A DNA stretch of 64,000 bases from Balneolaceae bacterium (GCA_041656135.1 JBBAEC010000004.1:53460-117459), one strand, 5' to 3'; counted from the stretch's first letter, positions 17,711-28,136 are shown. The notes: generated by a model from the letters alone, not told the origin. Numbers and translations are program-made.

Positions 17711-18016
17711 CTAAATCTCTTTATTGTAAGTTGCTAATACGTAGGAATTGGCAACAGAGCCCTCAAAGTATTTATTTCGAATTAGTTTGTATTCAGGGTT
17801 AGAAAAGAACGTCTCCATTGCCAAACGATCAGGGAAACTGATAGAAAAGATGCGGTTTATTGATTTATCGGCATCAGCCAACAACACCTCAGACACTTTA
17901 AAATCTGAAGTAAAATATCCTCCATAGGTAGCCAAAATAGGTTTCATTGCTTTCCTGTACTTGGCATACATCACTTCATCGGTTATATGTAAGGCAACTA
18001 GGCGTTCGTAAGGCAT
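17711..18016 (-). CDS. DUF1330 family protein
   Basis: 101 aa. The pattern ...YGGYF...FSISFPDRLAMETFFSNPEYKLIRNKYFEGSV resembles the DUF1330 consensus (EFpS.e.a..wy.SpeY). Confidence 0.65.
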   Translation of the reverse strand: MPYERLVALHITDEVMYAKYRKAMKPILATYGGYFTSDFKVSEVLLADADKSINRIFSISFPDRLAMETFFSNPEYKLIRNKYFEGSVANSYVLATYNKEI

Positions 18017-18304
18017 TATTTAATTTTTTAAAAATTTAGATAACCATTGTATTTAAAAAGGTAGCTCAGAATATTTTATGGAATATGCCGAATAAATAAA
18101 AGTTGGGGTGCTTATAAATACAATTAGGAGGAATCTTTGTTATTTTGCCCGTAATTAAAAGGACAAAAAAGCCTAAACAGGCACTTAAAGGCATTATTGA
18201 AGGTTTTAACCACTTTTCTTTAGGGGTGAAACAGTTGTGAACCGTCTATTACTTTACTAGTGCGTGTATAAATTTTAAAAAGAACTAGATACAATAGTAT
18301 ATAA

Positions 18305-19057
18305 ATGAATATAAATATATTTGAAAATTCTGAATTGGGAAGCCAATTTGTAGCAGAACAGATTCAAGCACTGATCAAGAAAAAAACTAAACTTACCGAA
18401 GAGGTGATACTTGGCTTAGCAACTGGTAGTACGCCAAAAGAATTGTACAAAAAGCTAGTTAGTATGTACAAAGCGGGTGAAATCAGTTTTGAGCAAGTTA
18501 TTACCTTTAATCTTGACGAATACCACCCCATGTCGCACGATAGCGAGCATAGCTATCACCACTTTATGAATCAGATCTTTTTTGATGCTGTAGATATTAA
18601 GGCTGAAAATACATGGATACCTAGTGGAGAAGTAGAGAAAGCACAGATTGAATCACATTGCAGAGAGTATGAGCAACAGATAGTAGATGTAGGTGGAATA
18701 GATCTTCAGTTATTAGGCATTGGAACGAATGGGCATATTGGTTTTAATGAGCCTGGTTCTACAATCGATTCTGTTACCCGTTATGTTGAATTGGATGAAC
18801 AAACAAGAATAGATGCAGCTGCTGCCTTTGGTGGAATTGATAATGTACCAAGAAATGCTATATCTATGGGTATAGATACCATCCTAAAAGCAAAAGAAAT
18901 TGTACTAATGGCGTGGGGAAGTGGTAAAGCAGAAATTATTAGAGACTGTCTATTTGGAGAAATTACCGCAGTTAAACCTGCTACATTTTTGCAAAAGCAC
19001 CCAAATGTACACATTGTATTAGATCGCGAAGCTGCGGCCTTAATTGATGTAGATTAA
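18305..19057 (+). CDS. nagB: glucosamine-6-phosphate deaminase
   Basis: LGLATGSTP, FNLDEY and LLGIGTNGHIGFNEPGS are diagnostic NagB motifs. Confidence 0.9.
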   Translation: MNINIFENSELGSQFVAEQIQALIKKKTKLTEEVILGLATGSTPKELYKKLVSMYKAGEISFEQVITFNLDEYHPMSHDSEHSYHHFMNQIFFDAVDIKAENTWIPSGEVEKAQIESHCREYEQQIVDVGGIDLQLLGIGTNGHIGFNEPGSTIDSVTRYVELDEQTRIDAAAAFGGIDNVPRNAISMGIDTILKAKEIVLMAWGSGKAEIIRDCLFGEITAVKPATFLQKHPNVHIVLDREAAALIDVD

Positions 19058-19107
19058 AAATGATTATAAAAATCCCCAATAATACCCCAACACAAAACAA
19101 AGGAGTT

Positions 19108-19977
19108 ATGATGAAAAAAATACTAACATTAATGGTAGCTGCATTTCTAGTGATGCCAAGCGTGCTTTTTGCACAGCCAGAAATACCTGTAGAGCAATGG
19201 AAAAATAGAACTATTTTGTTGATTGGGGCACATCCTGATGATGATGGTGGCTCGCACGGTACCATGGCTACCTTACAAGCGAATGGTAATCAAGTATATG
19301 TATTGCTACTAACAACTGGTAACGTGGGCACAAGCGATCCAACCATGACTAGAGATCGCCTTTCTCAAATTCGTCGCCAAGAAGAAGTTGACGCATTAAA
19401 AGAACTAGGAATACCAGAAGAAAATTACATTAACCTTGGGTATACCGATGGAATGCTTGAGTTTGCTGATCGCGAAGAAGTTGTAAAGCAAATTGTGTAT
19501 TGGATTAGAAAATTGAAACCTGAAACATTAATGAGTTTTGATCCTGGTTATGGTTACCAACAATGGCACAAAGCTGATCACAGAGCTGCTGCATACCTAG
19601 CTGTAGATGCTGCGCGTGCTGCTGAATGGAGATTAATTTTTCCAAGCCAAATTATAAATGAAGGCTTAGAGCAGCACAGTGTTACTGACTATTTATTTTA
19701 TAGCACAACAGGTGATGGTAAAAACACAGCAGTTGATATTTCTAAATTTGCAGAAAATAAAGTACGGTCATTAACAAAATATGTGAGCCAGTTTACTTCA
19801 GGCTTTAGTGACTATAGAGGTCCAAAGTTAAGTGACCTACCAGGAAATGAAGGTAAAGAGTTCGAAGATCGTATGCGTAAGCGTATTTTCGAAAGAGATA
19901 CTATAGATGGTAAGCCAGTTGAGCGATTCCGTTATTACAAAGGCGCACCTGATGGAGCCGGATCAAGAAGGAATTAA
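19108..19977 (+). CDS. secreted PIG-L/LmbE family de-N-acetylase (copy 1)
   Basis: The ATG at 19108 is preceded by aaggag (19100-19105). Signal peptide MMKKILTLMVAAFLVMPSVLFAQ. Motifs are IGAHPDDD and HKADHRAA. The ORF-track start at 19060 is less likely. Confidence 0.8.
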   Translation: MMKKILTLMVAAFLVMPSVLFAQPEIPVEQWKNRTILLIGAHPDDDGGSHGTMATLQANGNQVYVLLLTTGNVGTSDPTMTRDRLSQIRRQEEVDALKELGIPEENYINLGYTDGMLEFADREEVVKQIVYWIRKLKPETLMSFDPGYGYQQWHKADHRAAAYLAVDAARAAEWRLIFPSQIINEGLEQHSVTDYLFYSTTGDGKNTAVDISKFAENKVRSLTKYVSQFTSGFSDYRGPKLSDLPGNEGKEFEDRMRKRIFERDTIDGKPVERFRYYKGAPDGAGSRRN

Positions 19978-20007
19978 TTTCATCTTCATTTTATAGGAGT
20001 AATAAAA

Positions 20008-20038
20008 GCAGTAAGTTGTATAGCTTACTGCTTTTTTT
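20008..20038 (+). terminator. rho-independent terminator after PIG-L copy 1
   Basis: Stem gcagtaag (20008-20015) / cttactgc (20024-20031), then a 7-T run. Confidence 0.75.
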
Positions 20039-20188
20039 AATTTAGGTACATTATTTAACTTAAAATAAATGCTTATTTAGCATAAAATGCCTTAATTAGC
20101 GAGCTTTGGAACACATCCTGATTGTATTAACCGGAACAGATAAATTAAGGTAAGAATAACATTTTAATAGGAACGGAATTATAACGGT

Positions 20189-20821
20189 ATGCTACTTTTC
20201 GCATATCTTGGGGATAATAAGGATAGTGACGCACCTATTAAAGAATTAGAGTGTGTGGCAAAGATACGCGCTGGTGACGAACAAGCTTTTGAAGAGCTTT
20301 TTTTTGAGTACTACAATCAGTTAAGTAAATTTGCGAATACTATTACAAAATCGAGAGAGTATGCTAGAGATACGGTACAAGACGTATTTCTAAAAATTTG
20401 GCGGAATCGTGCAAATTTTGAAATCCGTGTTTCTATCAAAGTGTATTTATACCAAGCTGTACGCAACCAAGCCCTAAACCTTCTAGAGAAGCAAAAAACA
20501 AGGCAACGTCTTGTTGAAAATATACAACACGAAAGGGGAGTGTATGAGTCTTATAGTAATGAAGGTCATAATGCTGATGATACAAAGGTAAATGATTCTA
20601 ATACTTCAGAAGCAGCTTTAATACGAAGAGTGTGGGAGCTAGTAGAGCAAATGCCAGAACGCCGTCGCTTAGTATTTGAACTACATCGAAAGCATGGTTT
20701 AAGCTATAAAGAAATTGCTAAGGTATTAGAAATAGCCCCAAAAACTGTAGAGAACCATGTGGGGCAAGCTCTTCAATTTATTAGAGACCATATTGATATT
20801 AAAAAATATGATAATTCTTAG
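20189..20821 (+). CDS. ECF-type RNA polymerase sigma-70 factor
   Basis: Region 2 (DTVQDVFLKIWRN) and region 4 HTH (LSYKEIAKVLEIAPKTVENHV). Followed directly by a FecR gene. Confidence 0.85.
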   Translation: MLLFAYLGDNKDSDAPIKELECVAKIRAGDEQAFEELFFEYYNQLSKFANTITKSREYARDTVQDVFLKIWRNRANFEIRVSIKVYLYQAVRNQALNLLEKQKTRQRLVENIQHERGVYESYSNEGHNADDTKVNDSNTSEAALIRRVWELVEQMPERRRLVFELHRKHGLSYKEIAKVLEIAPKTVENHVGQALQFIRDHIDIKKYDNS

Positions 20822-20887
20822 GGGTAGAGCGGTTTTCATCTGTCTAACAATAAACTAGGAATCTCAAAACATCTCAAAATAACCGAA

Positions 20888-21949
20888 TTGAATACGAAAC
20901 TTCTGGTCAAATACTTGGCCAATGAGTGTAATAACGAAGAAATTAAAGCCATACGCGCTTGGCTCTCAGAAGACTCTGAGAACGAGAAAACTATGCGCGA
21001 CATTGAGAGAATTTGGGAAGTTTCTGCAAAAAAAGACGCCGCGGATGAGAAATTTAATACCGAGTTGGATTGGGCAGTGCTACAACATCGAATTGAAGAT
21101 AAAAACCTAATAAGTAGTACTCGTACAATCGGACGTGACACAATCCTTTCTCTAAACTCTAGCTGGGCTGTTGCTGCGCGTGTTGCTGCAATATTTATAT
21201 TAGCCGCTTTAGTTGGTACCTACACCTACAAAACTTTTTATATACAACCAGCTGTAGAAAGCGAGAATATTTTTAGAGAAATAACCATGGCAAAAGGTCA
21301 GCGTGGTGGGGTAACTCTTTCTGACGGAACTAAGGTATATTTAAATTCAGACAGTAAAATTTCTATACCAAATGTATTTGCCAACGATTTGCGTGAAGTA
21401 CATTTAGAGGGCGAGGCTTATTTTGATGTGGCTAAAAATCCAAATCGTCCATTTATTATTAAGGTAGATGGTGCTGTGGTGCAAGTTTTAGGAACGTCAT
21501 TTACAGTACGGAGCTATGCCGGCGAAGGTGCAGTACAAACGGTTGTAGAAGAAGGTGTGGTTTCGTTTAGGGCAGAAGGTAAGACATTAAATGAAGGCGT
21601 TATTTTAACAAAAGGGAAGTTGGGCCGACTCAATTTAGCCAGTAAGGAAATTGTTAAAGAAACGGTAGATGATTTAGAATTGTATTTAAGCTGGAAGGAA
21701 GGCTACTTAAAGTTTAATGAAGCAACGATGAAAGAAGTAGCGCGGCAACTAGAGCGCAAATATGACATAGAGGTTTCGTTTGCTACAAAAGAAATTGCTG
21801 ATTTACGTTTAACAGCCGAGCTAAAAAGCCGGTCTATTAATAGCGTACTACAAACAATATCAATATCACTAGGGCTGCAATACAAGCTCGATAACGATAA
21901 AGTTAAGTTCAGCAATCTAAAAGAAGGTAATCATAACAACTATGAGTAA
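20888..21949 (+). CDS. FecR family anti-sigma factor / transmembrane sensor
   Basis: TTG start. The N-terminus LLVKYLANECNNEEIKAIRAWLSEDSEN is typical, with a single TM segment (AARVAAIFILAALVG). FecR periplasmic motifs are present (LSDGTKVYLNSDS, GEAYFDV, V.VLGTSF). Confidence 0.85.
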   Translation: MNTKLLVKYLANECNNEEIKAIRAWLSEDSENEKTMRDIERIWEVSAKKDAADEKFNTELDWAVLQHRIEDKNLISSTRTIGRDTILSLNSSWAVAARVAAIFILAALVGTYTYKTFYIQPAVESENIFREITMAKGQRGGVTLSDGTKVYLNSDSKISIPNVFANDLREVHLEGEAYFDVAKNPNRPFIIKVDGAVVQVLGTSFTVRSYAGEGAVQTVVEEGVVSFRAEGKTLNEGVILTKGKLGRLNLASKEIVKETVDDLELYLSWKEGYLKFNEATMKEVARQLERKYDIEVSFATKEIADLRLTAELKSRSINSVLQTISISLGLQYKLDNDKVKFSNLKEGNHNNYE

Positions 21950-22037
21950 ACGTAGATTTACTTCAAATTTTGGAAGCGCTTTTATACTAAAAGAGCTTAT
22001 AAAAATACTAAATAATAACTAGTTATAGAGGACACGC

Positions 22038-25000
22038 ATGAGAACAAAAGTTACCAATATGATACGGACGGCTGTGTGTTTTTTCTTGGTGGGGGCTTTA
22101 ACACTCCACCTTGGGGAAGCATCAAGTGCTAATGCACAGCTAATAACATCCTTATCTAATAAGTTACAAACCAAATATTACTCTGTTGAGTTATACACCA
22201 ATAGTATTCCTGAGCTACAGAGTGTTATTACGGTTAAAAAGAAAGATGCACTTCTTAGTGAAGTGATTAAGGATATTGCTCAAAAATCTAACTTAGGTTA
22301 TGCGATAAACTCTGAAATGGAGATTCTTAACAAGCGTATAAATGTAGACCTCAAAGATATCTCTACAGGAGATGCTCTACAATACGTGCTACTAGGAACT
22401 GGTTATGAAGCAGCTATCTCCAATACTAGAGAGCTATTGCTACTAAAAACACCTGCTGCTGAAAAACAAATTGAAGCAGTTCAAAAGAAATTAACAGGAC
22501 TTGTACAAGACGCTTCTACAGGGGAAAGTATTCCTGCTGTAAACGTATTTGTAAAAGGTACAAACATTGGAACAAGTACTGATAATAATGGTAACTTTGA
22601 ACTTACTGTGCCAGACGATGCGGAGATCTTAGTATTCCGTTTTGTAGGTTACAAGTTGTTAGAAGTGCCTATTGTTAGTGGCCAAAACTATTATGAAGTA
22701 AATTTAGTAGAAGATCTAGTGTTCTTTGAAGATTTAGTAGTTGTAGGGTACGGTACTCAGCAACGTTCTGAAGTAACTGGATCTGTAACTTCAATTAGAA
22801 CAGAAGAAATTCAAAACGTTCCAGTTTCAAGTTTTGAGAATGCACTTCAAGGTAGAATGGCTGGTGTAAACGTAGCTGAGTCTACTGGTGAGCCAGGTTC
22901 ATCGCCACAAATTCTTATCCGTGGTACTGGTTCTATTTCTGCAGGTAACGATCCATTATATGTTATAGATGGTGTTCCTGTTGCAAAAGCTTCAAGCTTG
23001 CAGCCAAGTATTAGCACACAAAGAGCTTCTTTCCAAGCGCCAAGAGCTAACCCTATGTCTACGCTAAACCCTAACGATATTGAGTCTATTGAAGTTCTTA
23101 AAGATGCTTCTTCAGCTGCAATTTATGGTTCTAGAGGTTCTAACGGTGTTATTTTAGTAACTACCAAAAAAGGACAAGCTGGTAAAACTAAAGTCAATTT
23201 TAGTGGTTACGGTGGTGTTTCTACTGTGTTTAATAAACCAGACATAATGAACGCTGAAGAGTTGATTGCTTACACCAAAGATTCGCGTAACAATACTTAT
23301 GAGCAAGATATTGCTGATGGTAAAGTACCAGCGAACCCTAATTATAACCCTAACACGAACGCAGGTCGCCCAGCTGTTGGTGATCCTGGTTATAGTGCAA
23401 ACTACTTGATTCCAGAATCAATGGTTAACTGGGATGGTACCGATACTGATTGGTTAGATCTTATATTTAGTAATGCAACTATGCAGAACTATGATTTAAG
23501 TGTTTCTGGTGGTAATGATGTATCTACTTACTATTTCTCTACAGGTTACTTAAGCCAAGAGGGTGTTTTAGATGGTTCTGAATTTGACCGTTACACAGTA
23601 AAGTTAAACTTAACACACAAGTTAAGTGACATGATTGAATTAGGCACTTCTATCAACACTGCACTTACTCAGCATGATAGATTACCAGCAAACTCACCTT
23701 ACTTTGGTACACCTCCAGGTATTGTTTACTCAGCTTTGGTGCATTCCCCAACTGTTAAGCCATACAATGCAGATGGAACATTTAACCAAACAGACAACCA
23801 ATCACATCTAGGCGGTGCTACTACCTCTGCAAGTAACCCATTAGCAATAATGAACTACATTGAAGAAGAGTTTAACCAAACTAGAATATTTGGTAATACG
23901 TACGGTCAGTTGAACATAAATGAAAATTTAAGTTTCAAAACCTTAGTTGGTTATAATATTGACAACTCTGACCAGTCTTTTTATAGTGGAACAAAGTTTT
24001 TATACCGCGACCAAACTACATCTAACCCGTTTGCACAAAGTGGTGCCGGTAAGAGCTTTAACTGGTTATGGGAAAATACAGTAAACTATTCAAAAACTTT
24101 CAATAACGATCACTCTGTAAATGCTGTTGTAGGTTATTCAGCACAAAAGCAGACAGATCAAATGAATGTTATTTATGCTAGAGGCTTCACAGATGATCAG
24201 ATTAAAACCGTAAATGGTGGTATTATTTCTGGTGGTGACGACCTAAAAGAAGAGTGGAGTATTGCTTCTGCACTTGCAAGAGTTAACTATGCATACAAGA
24301 GCAAGTATCTATTTACTGGTACTATCCGTTCAGATAGATCTTCACGTTTTGGTGCAGATGATCAAACAGGTATTTTCCCATCATTCTCGGTTGGCTGGAG
24401 ATTAACTGAAGAGTCATTTATGCCAGGTAGAGATGTATTTAATGAACTTAAATTACGTGCAAGTTATGGTGTAACTGGTAACTTTGAGATTCCAAACTAC
24501 GGCTCGATTGGTCTGTTAGGAACAGCAAACTACCCATTTGGGAATAGCGTGAACATTGGAGTTGGACCAACAACATTAGCAAACCCAAATCTAACATGGG
24601 AAACAACCTATCAGCTAGATCTTGGTGTTGACTATGCCATGTTAAATGACCGTATTTATGGTTCATTCGACTATTACCAAACAACTACAAAAGATTTACT
24701 TCTATTTGTAAACGTACCTGCCTCAACTGGATACTCTACAGCACTAACCAATATTGGTGAGGTAGAAAATAATGGAGTTGAGTTCTCCATCACTACAAGA
24801 AACCTAGTTGGTAACTTCCAATGGGCTACAGACTTTAATATTGCTAAAAACAGTAATAAAGTCACAAAGCTAGGCCCTGAAGGTGATCCAATCTTGAGTG
24901 CTGGTGCTGCAGGCAACCGCCATATTACAATGATAGGCGAAGAGATTGGTAGTTACTACGGATATCAAGTTGCAGGTATTTACCAAAACCAAGCAGAAAT

Positions 25001-25649
25001 TGACGCTGATAATGCAGCTGCACCTGGCGGTAGATATGACTTATTAGCTCCAAACCCACGCCCAGGTGATTTTAGATTTAAAGACGTTGATGGCGATGGT
25101 AAAATTGATGCAAATGATAGAACAGTTATTGGTAGCTACCACCCTGATTTCACCTATGGTATTACTAACCGCTTTAATTACAAAAACTTTGATATGAGCG
25201 TGTTTATTCAAGGTGTTCAAGGCCGTGATGTGATGAACTTAACTAGCCGTCACATGCTTAATGGAGAGGCTAACTTTAACTCTTACTCAGCAGTTAAAGA
25301 TCGTTGGATGTCAGAGTCTAACCCAGGTAACGGTGAGCACCCAAGAGCAGATCGTAACTCTGCATCACACGGAAATAACAATAGAGAGTCATCTTATCAG
25401 GTTGAAGATGGTAGTTATTTGAAAATCAAAAATGTGACTTTAGGCTATACATTGCCACAAGATAAGTTTGGCAAATATGTTAGCAGAGCTCGTATATATG
25501 TATCAGGATCTAACTTAGCAATGTTTACAAAATACATTGGCTTTAACCCAGAAGTTAGTTTACAAACAAACAGCTTAACCCCTGGTGAAGATTATGGTGC
25601 ATATCCATTATCTAGAACTATCCAGGTTGGTATAGACCTCGCATTTTAA
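22038..25649 (+). CDS. susC: SusC/RagA family TonB-dependent outer-membrane transporter with N-terminal STN signalling extension
   Basis: STN-like segment (INVDLKDISTGDALQYVLLGTGYEAAI). Carboxypeptidase-regulatory-like domain (GLVQDASTGESIPAVNVFVKGT...TDNNGNFEL). TonB box region (DLVVVGYGTQ) and plug (GRMAGV). The 1203-aa barrel ends ...IDLAF. Confidence 0.9.
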   Translation: MRTKVTNMIRTAVCFFLVGALTLHLGEASSANAQLITSLSNKLQTKYYSVELYTNSIPELQSVITVKKKDALLSEVIKDIAQKSNLGYAINSEMEILNKRINVDLKDISTGDALQYVLLGTGYEAAISNTRELLLLKTPAAEKQIEAVQKKLTGLVQDASTGESIPAVNVFVKGTNIGTSTDNNGNFELTVPDDAEILVFRFVGYKLLEVPIVSGQNYYEVNLVEDLVFFEDLVVVGYGTQQRSEVTGSVTSIRTEEIQNVPVSSFENALQGRMAGVNVAESTGEPGSSPQILIRGTGSISAGNDPLYVIDGVPVAKASSLQPSISTQRASFQAPRANPMSTLNPNDIESIEVLKDASSAAIYGSRGSNGVILVTTKKGQAGKTKVNFSGYGGVSTVFNKPDIMNAEELIAYTKDSRNNTYEQDIADGKVPANPNYNPNTNAGRPAVGDPGYSANYLIPESMVNWDGTDTDWLDLIFSNATMQNYDLSVSGGNDVSTYYFSTGYLSQEGVLDGSEFDRYTVKLNLTHKLSDMIELGTSINTALTQHDRLPANSPYFGTPPGIVYSALVHSPTVKPYNADGTFNQTDNQSHLGGATTSASNPLAIMNYIEEEFNQTRIFGNTYGQLNINENLSFKTLVGYNIDNSDQSFYSGTKFLYRDQTTSNPFAQSGAGKSFNWLWENTVNYSKTFNNDHSVNAVVGYSAQKQTDQMNVIYARGFTDDQIKTVNGGIISGGDDLKEEWSIASALARVNYAYKSKYLFTGTIRSDRSSRFGADDQTGIFPSFSVGWRLTEESFMPGRDVFNELKLRASYGVTGNFEIPNYGSIGLLGTANYPFGNSVNIGVGPTTLANPNLTWETTYQLDLGVDYAMLNDRIYGSFDYYQTTTKDLLLFVNVPASTGYSTALTNIGEVENNGVEFSITTRNLVGNFQWATDFNIAKNSNKVTKLGPEGDPILSAGAAGNRHITMIGEEIGSYYGYQVAGIYQNQAEIDADNAAAPGGRYDLLAPNPRPGDFRFKDVDGDGKIDANDRTVIGSYHPDFTYGITNRFNYKNFDMSVFIQGVQGRDVMNLTSRHMLNGEANFNSYSAVKDRWMSESNPGNGEHPRADRNSASHGNNNRESSYQVEDGSYLKIKNVTLGYTLPQDKFGKYVSRARIYVSGSNLAMFTKYIGFNPEVSLQTNSLTPGEDYGAYPLSRTIQVGIDLAF

Positions 25650-25672
25650 TAAGAACTTATAAACGGATAATA

Positions 25673-27085
25673 ATGATGAAAAAACGATTATTAATATTAC
25701 TTATTCCCATGCTGGTTCTATCCTGCGGGGAAGATTTTACGCTACTGAGTCCTATTTCTGAAAGAAATACGGAAAGTTTCTATAAGACTTCAACCGATTT
25801 TGAAGCCGCTATTGTAGGTGCTTATGACGCCCTACAAAGTAACGGTACATTCGGTGTGAATTATATTCTACTTATGGAAATGCGAGCCGATAACGGCCAA
25901 AACGCAGGTGGAGCTACAGGGTTAGCTGCATCACTACAACAGATTGATGATTTTAAAGAAATCCCAACTGCTGGTGAATTCAAAACTACTTGGGCAGAAA
26001 CCTATAAAGGGATTTCTCGCACTAACTCTATTCTATCAAGAATAGATGATATTACCTTTCCAAATGAAAATTTAAAGAAGCAAATAAAGGGTGAAGCTCT
26101 CTTTATTAGATCTTTATTATACTATCACTTATCAGTGATATTTGGAAACGTAACAGAGCAATTTGAAGAGGTAGCATCTTTAAATTTTGAAATCAACCAA
26201 GTGCCAGCAAGTACAATATTTGCTCGTATTGCTTCAGACTTAACAGAAGCTGAAGGGTTACTGCCAGCAACTACCAACAATGGTAGAATTACAAGTGGTG
26301 CCGCGGCAGCCTTGTTAGGTAGAGTATATTTGCAAGATGGTAAGAAAGCAGAAGCAGTAGCTCCTCTTCAAAGAGTAGTTGATTCTGCTAAATATGAATT
26401 AGTAGACGATTACAAAAATATTTGGGGAGTAGATAACAAACTAAATAAAGAGTCTATCTTCGAAATTCAGTATAAATCTGGAAGCAGCGAAGGAAGTTCA
26501 TATACCGACATGTACACACCAAATGGTAAAGGTGGTGGCGTTGGTGGTGGAGTTTCTCCGGTAAGCCCTACTACTGATGTAAGAGGTTTATTTGATGCTG
26601 CAGCATTACTTGGCGACGAAAGAGCCGCTGGTACTATTGCAATATCTGTAGATACTACAGCAACACCTAACGATACTACCTTTTACGTGGGTAAATTTGA
26701 TAGTAAACCTACTAGCGCTTTTGATGCAGATAATAACTGGATTGAAATTCGTTATGCGGAAGTTCTACTAAACTTGGCTGAAGCATTAGGCGAAGGCATT
26801 CCTGCGTATAATCTCATTAATGAAGTTAGAGATCGTGCTGGTTTACTTCCTATTTCAGCAGTTACTCCAGGTACTTTTGAAGAAAAATTACTTAATGAGC
26901 GACGCTTAGAATTTGCTTTCGAAAACAAGCGTTGGGCAGATCTATTACGCTTTGGCAAGGCTAAAGAAGTAATGGCAACGCACCTGAATATTACACAGGC
27001 AGAAGTTAAATTGTTATTCCCTATTCCACAGGGTGAAATTGATGTGTCTCCAGATAAAATGACACAAAATTCTGAACATAATTAA
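25673..27085 (+). CDS. susD: SusD/RagB family nutrient-binding lipoprotein
   Basis: Lipobox LVLSCG. SusD-typical segments are AYDALQ, RAxxYYxL-like FIRSLLYYHL, ERRLEFAFENKRWADLLRFG and LFPIPQGEI. Immediately downstream of susC. Confidence 0.85.
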   Translation: MMKKRLLILLIPMLVLSCGEDFTLLSPISERNTESFYKTSTDFEAAIVGAYDALQSNGTFGVNYILLMEMRADNGQNAGGATGLAASLQQIDDFKEIPTAGEFKTTWAETYKGISRTNSILSRIDDITFPNENLKKQIKGEALFIRSLLYYHLSVIFGNVTEQFEEVASLNFEINQVPASTIFARIASDLTEAEGLLPATTNNGRITSGAAAALLGRVYLQDGKKAEAVAPLQRVVDSAKYELVDDYKNIWGVDNKLNKESIFEIQYKSGSSEGSSYTDMYTPNGKGGGVGGGVSPVSPTTDVRGLFDAAALLGDERAAGTIAISVDTTATPNDTTFYVGKFDSKPTSAFDADNNWIEIRYAEVLLNLAEALGEGIPAYNLINEVRDRAGLLPISAVTPGTFEEKLLNERRLEFAFENKRWADLLRFGKAKEVMATHLNITQAEVKLLFPIPQGEIDVSPDKMTQNSEHN

Positions 27086-27117
27086 GATATAGTAGTAGTA
27101 GTAGCTCTATCTCTCTT

Positions 27118-27144
27118 GCTGGGGCGGCCTGACGGCTGCCCAGC
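27118..27144 (+). promoter_or_regulatory. GC-rich stem-loop between susD and PIG-L copy 2 (possible mRNA processing/stability or partial terminator element)
   Basis: gctggggcggcc tgac ggctgcccagc forms about 11 bp with one bulge and a 4-nt loop. It is not followed by a T-run. It is preceded by an (agt)n microsatellite at about 27091-27105. Confidence 0.35.
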
Positions 27145-27184
27145 TATTTAAACAAACCAAAAACAAGATTAAAGATTTAGTAAA

Positions 27185-28090
27185 ATGAAAAAATATTCAA
27201 TTGCACTATTAATGATGTTTTGCATTGCCACGATGTCGGTAATTGCTCAAAACAAAACTACTGATGACGATAGAATCAGGGTTATAGCTATATTTGCACA
27301 CCCTGATGACGGTGATGCTAAAATGGGTGGAACTGCTGCACTTTTAGCTGAATTAGGCTATGCAGTAAAGTTTGTTGCTATCACCAATGGCGATGCTGGT
27401 CACCAATCAGAAGGTGGTGGCGCTCTTGCTAAAAGAAGACGTGCAGAAGCTCAAGAAGCTGCTCGTAGACTAGGTATTGATGAGTACAAGGTTCTAGACA
27501 ATCATGATGGCGAACTATTGCCAGAACTACACATCCGCCAACAAGTTATCCGTGAAATTAGAACTTGGAATGCTGATATAGTATTAGGTTTACGTCCTAA
27601 CGATTACCACCCTGATCACAGATATGCTGGCGTATTAGTACAAGATGCCGCTTACTTAGTGGTAGTACCAAATGTTACCCCAGATACTCCACCTCTTACA
27701 AAAAACCCAGTATTCCTTTATATGGAAGATGGTTTCCAAAAGCCAAATCCGTTTAGCCCAGATATTGTAGTAGGTATTGATAAAGTAATTGATAAAAAAA
27801 TTGATGGCCTAGATGCTCACGAATCACAAATGTATGAGTGGTTACCATGGGTTAGTGGTAGATTAGACCAAGTTCCAAAAGACAAAAAGCTTAGAAAAGA
27901 AATGGTTAAAAGAGGTTACGTAGAAAGAGGTACCCTTTCACCAGAGAAGAAAAAAGCTTTAGAAAAATGGTATGGCAAAGCTGAAGGCTCTAAGTTTAAA
28001 TATGCAGAATCTTTCGAGATTTGCGAATATGGCAAGCAACCTACAGAAGCAGAAATTCGCGAATTATTCCCAATGTTCAGTAAAAAATAA
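27185..28090 (+). CDS. secreted PIG-L/LmbE family de-N-acetylase (copy 2)
   Basis: Signal peptide MKKYSIALLMMFCIATMSVIAQ. Motifs are IFAHPDDGD and DYHPDHRYAG. Confidence 0.8.
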   Translation: MKKYSIALLMMFCIATMSVIAQNKTTDDDRIRVIAIFAHPDDGDAKMGGTAALLAELGYAVKFVAITNGDAGHQSEGGGALAKRRRAEAQEAARRLGIDEYKVLDNHDGELLPELHIRQQVIREIRTWNADIVLGLRPNDYHPDHRYAGVLVQDAAYLVVVPNVTPDTPPLTKNPVFLYMEDGFQKPNPFSPDIVVGIDKVIDKKIDGLDAHESQMYEWLPWVSGRLDQVPKDKKLRKEMVKRGYVERGTLSPEKKKALEKWYGKAEGSKFKYAESFEICEYGKQPTEAEIRELFPMFSKK

Positions 28091-28136
28091 TTCACAGAAG
28101 CTGTGAATAAACCATTCATTATTTAAAAATAATTTC

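Noticed and set aside
18017-18304. Possible promoter/operator upstream of nagB
   Set aside because: The region is AT-rich with several TA..TTTG-like words, but I cannot place a convincing -33/-7 pair or a regulator palindrome by eye. It is left unannotated.
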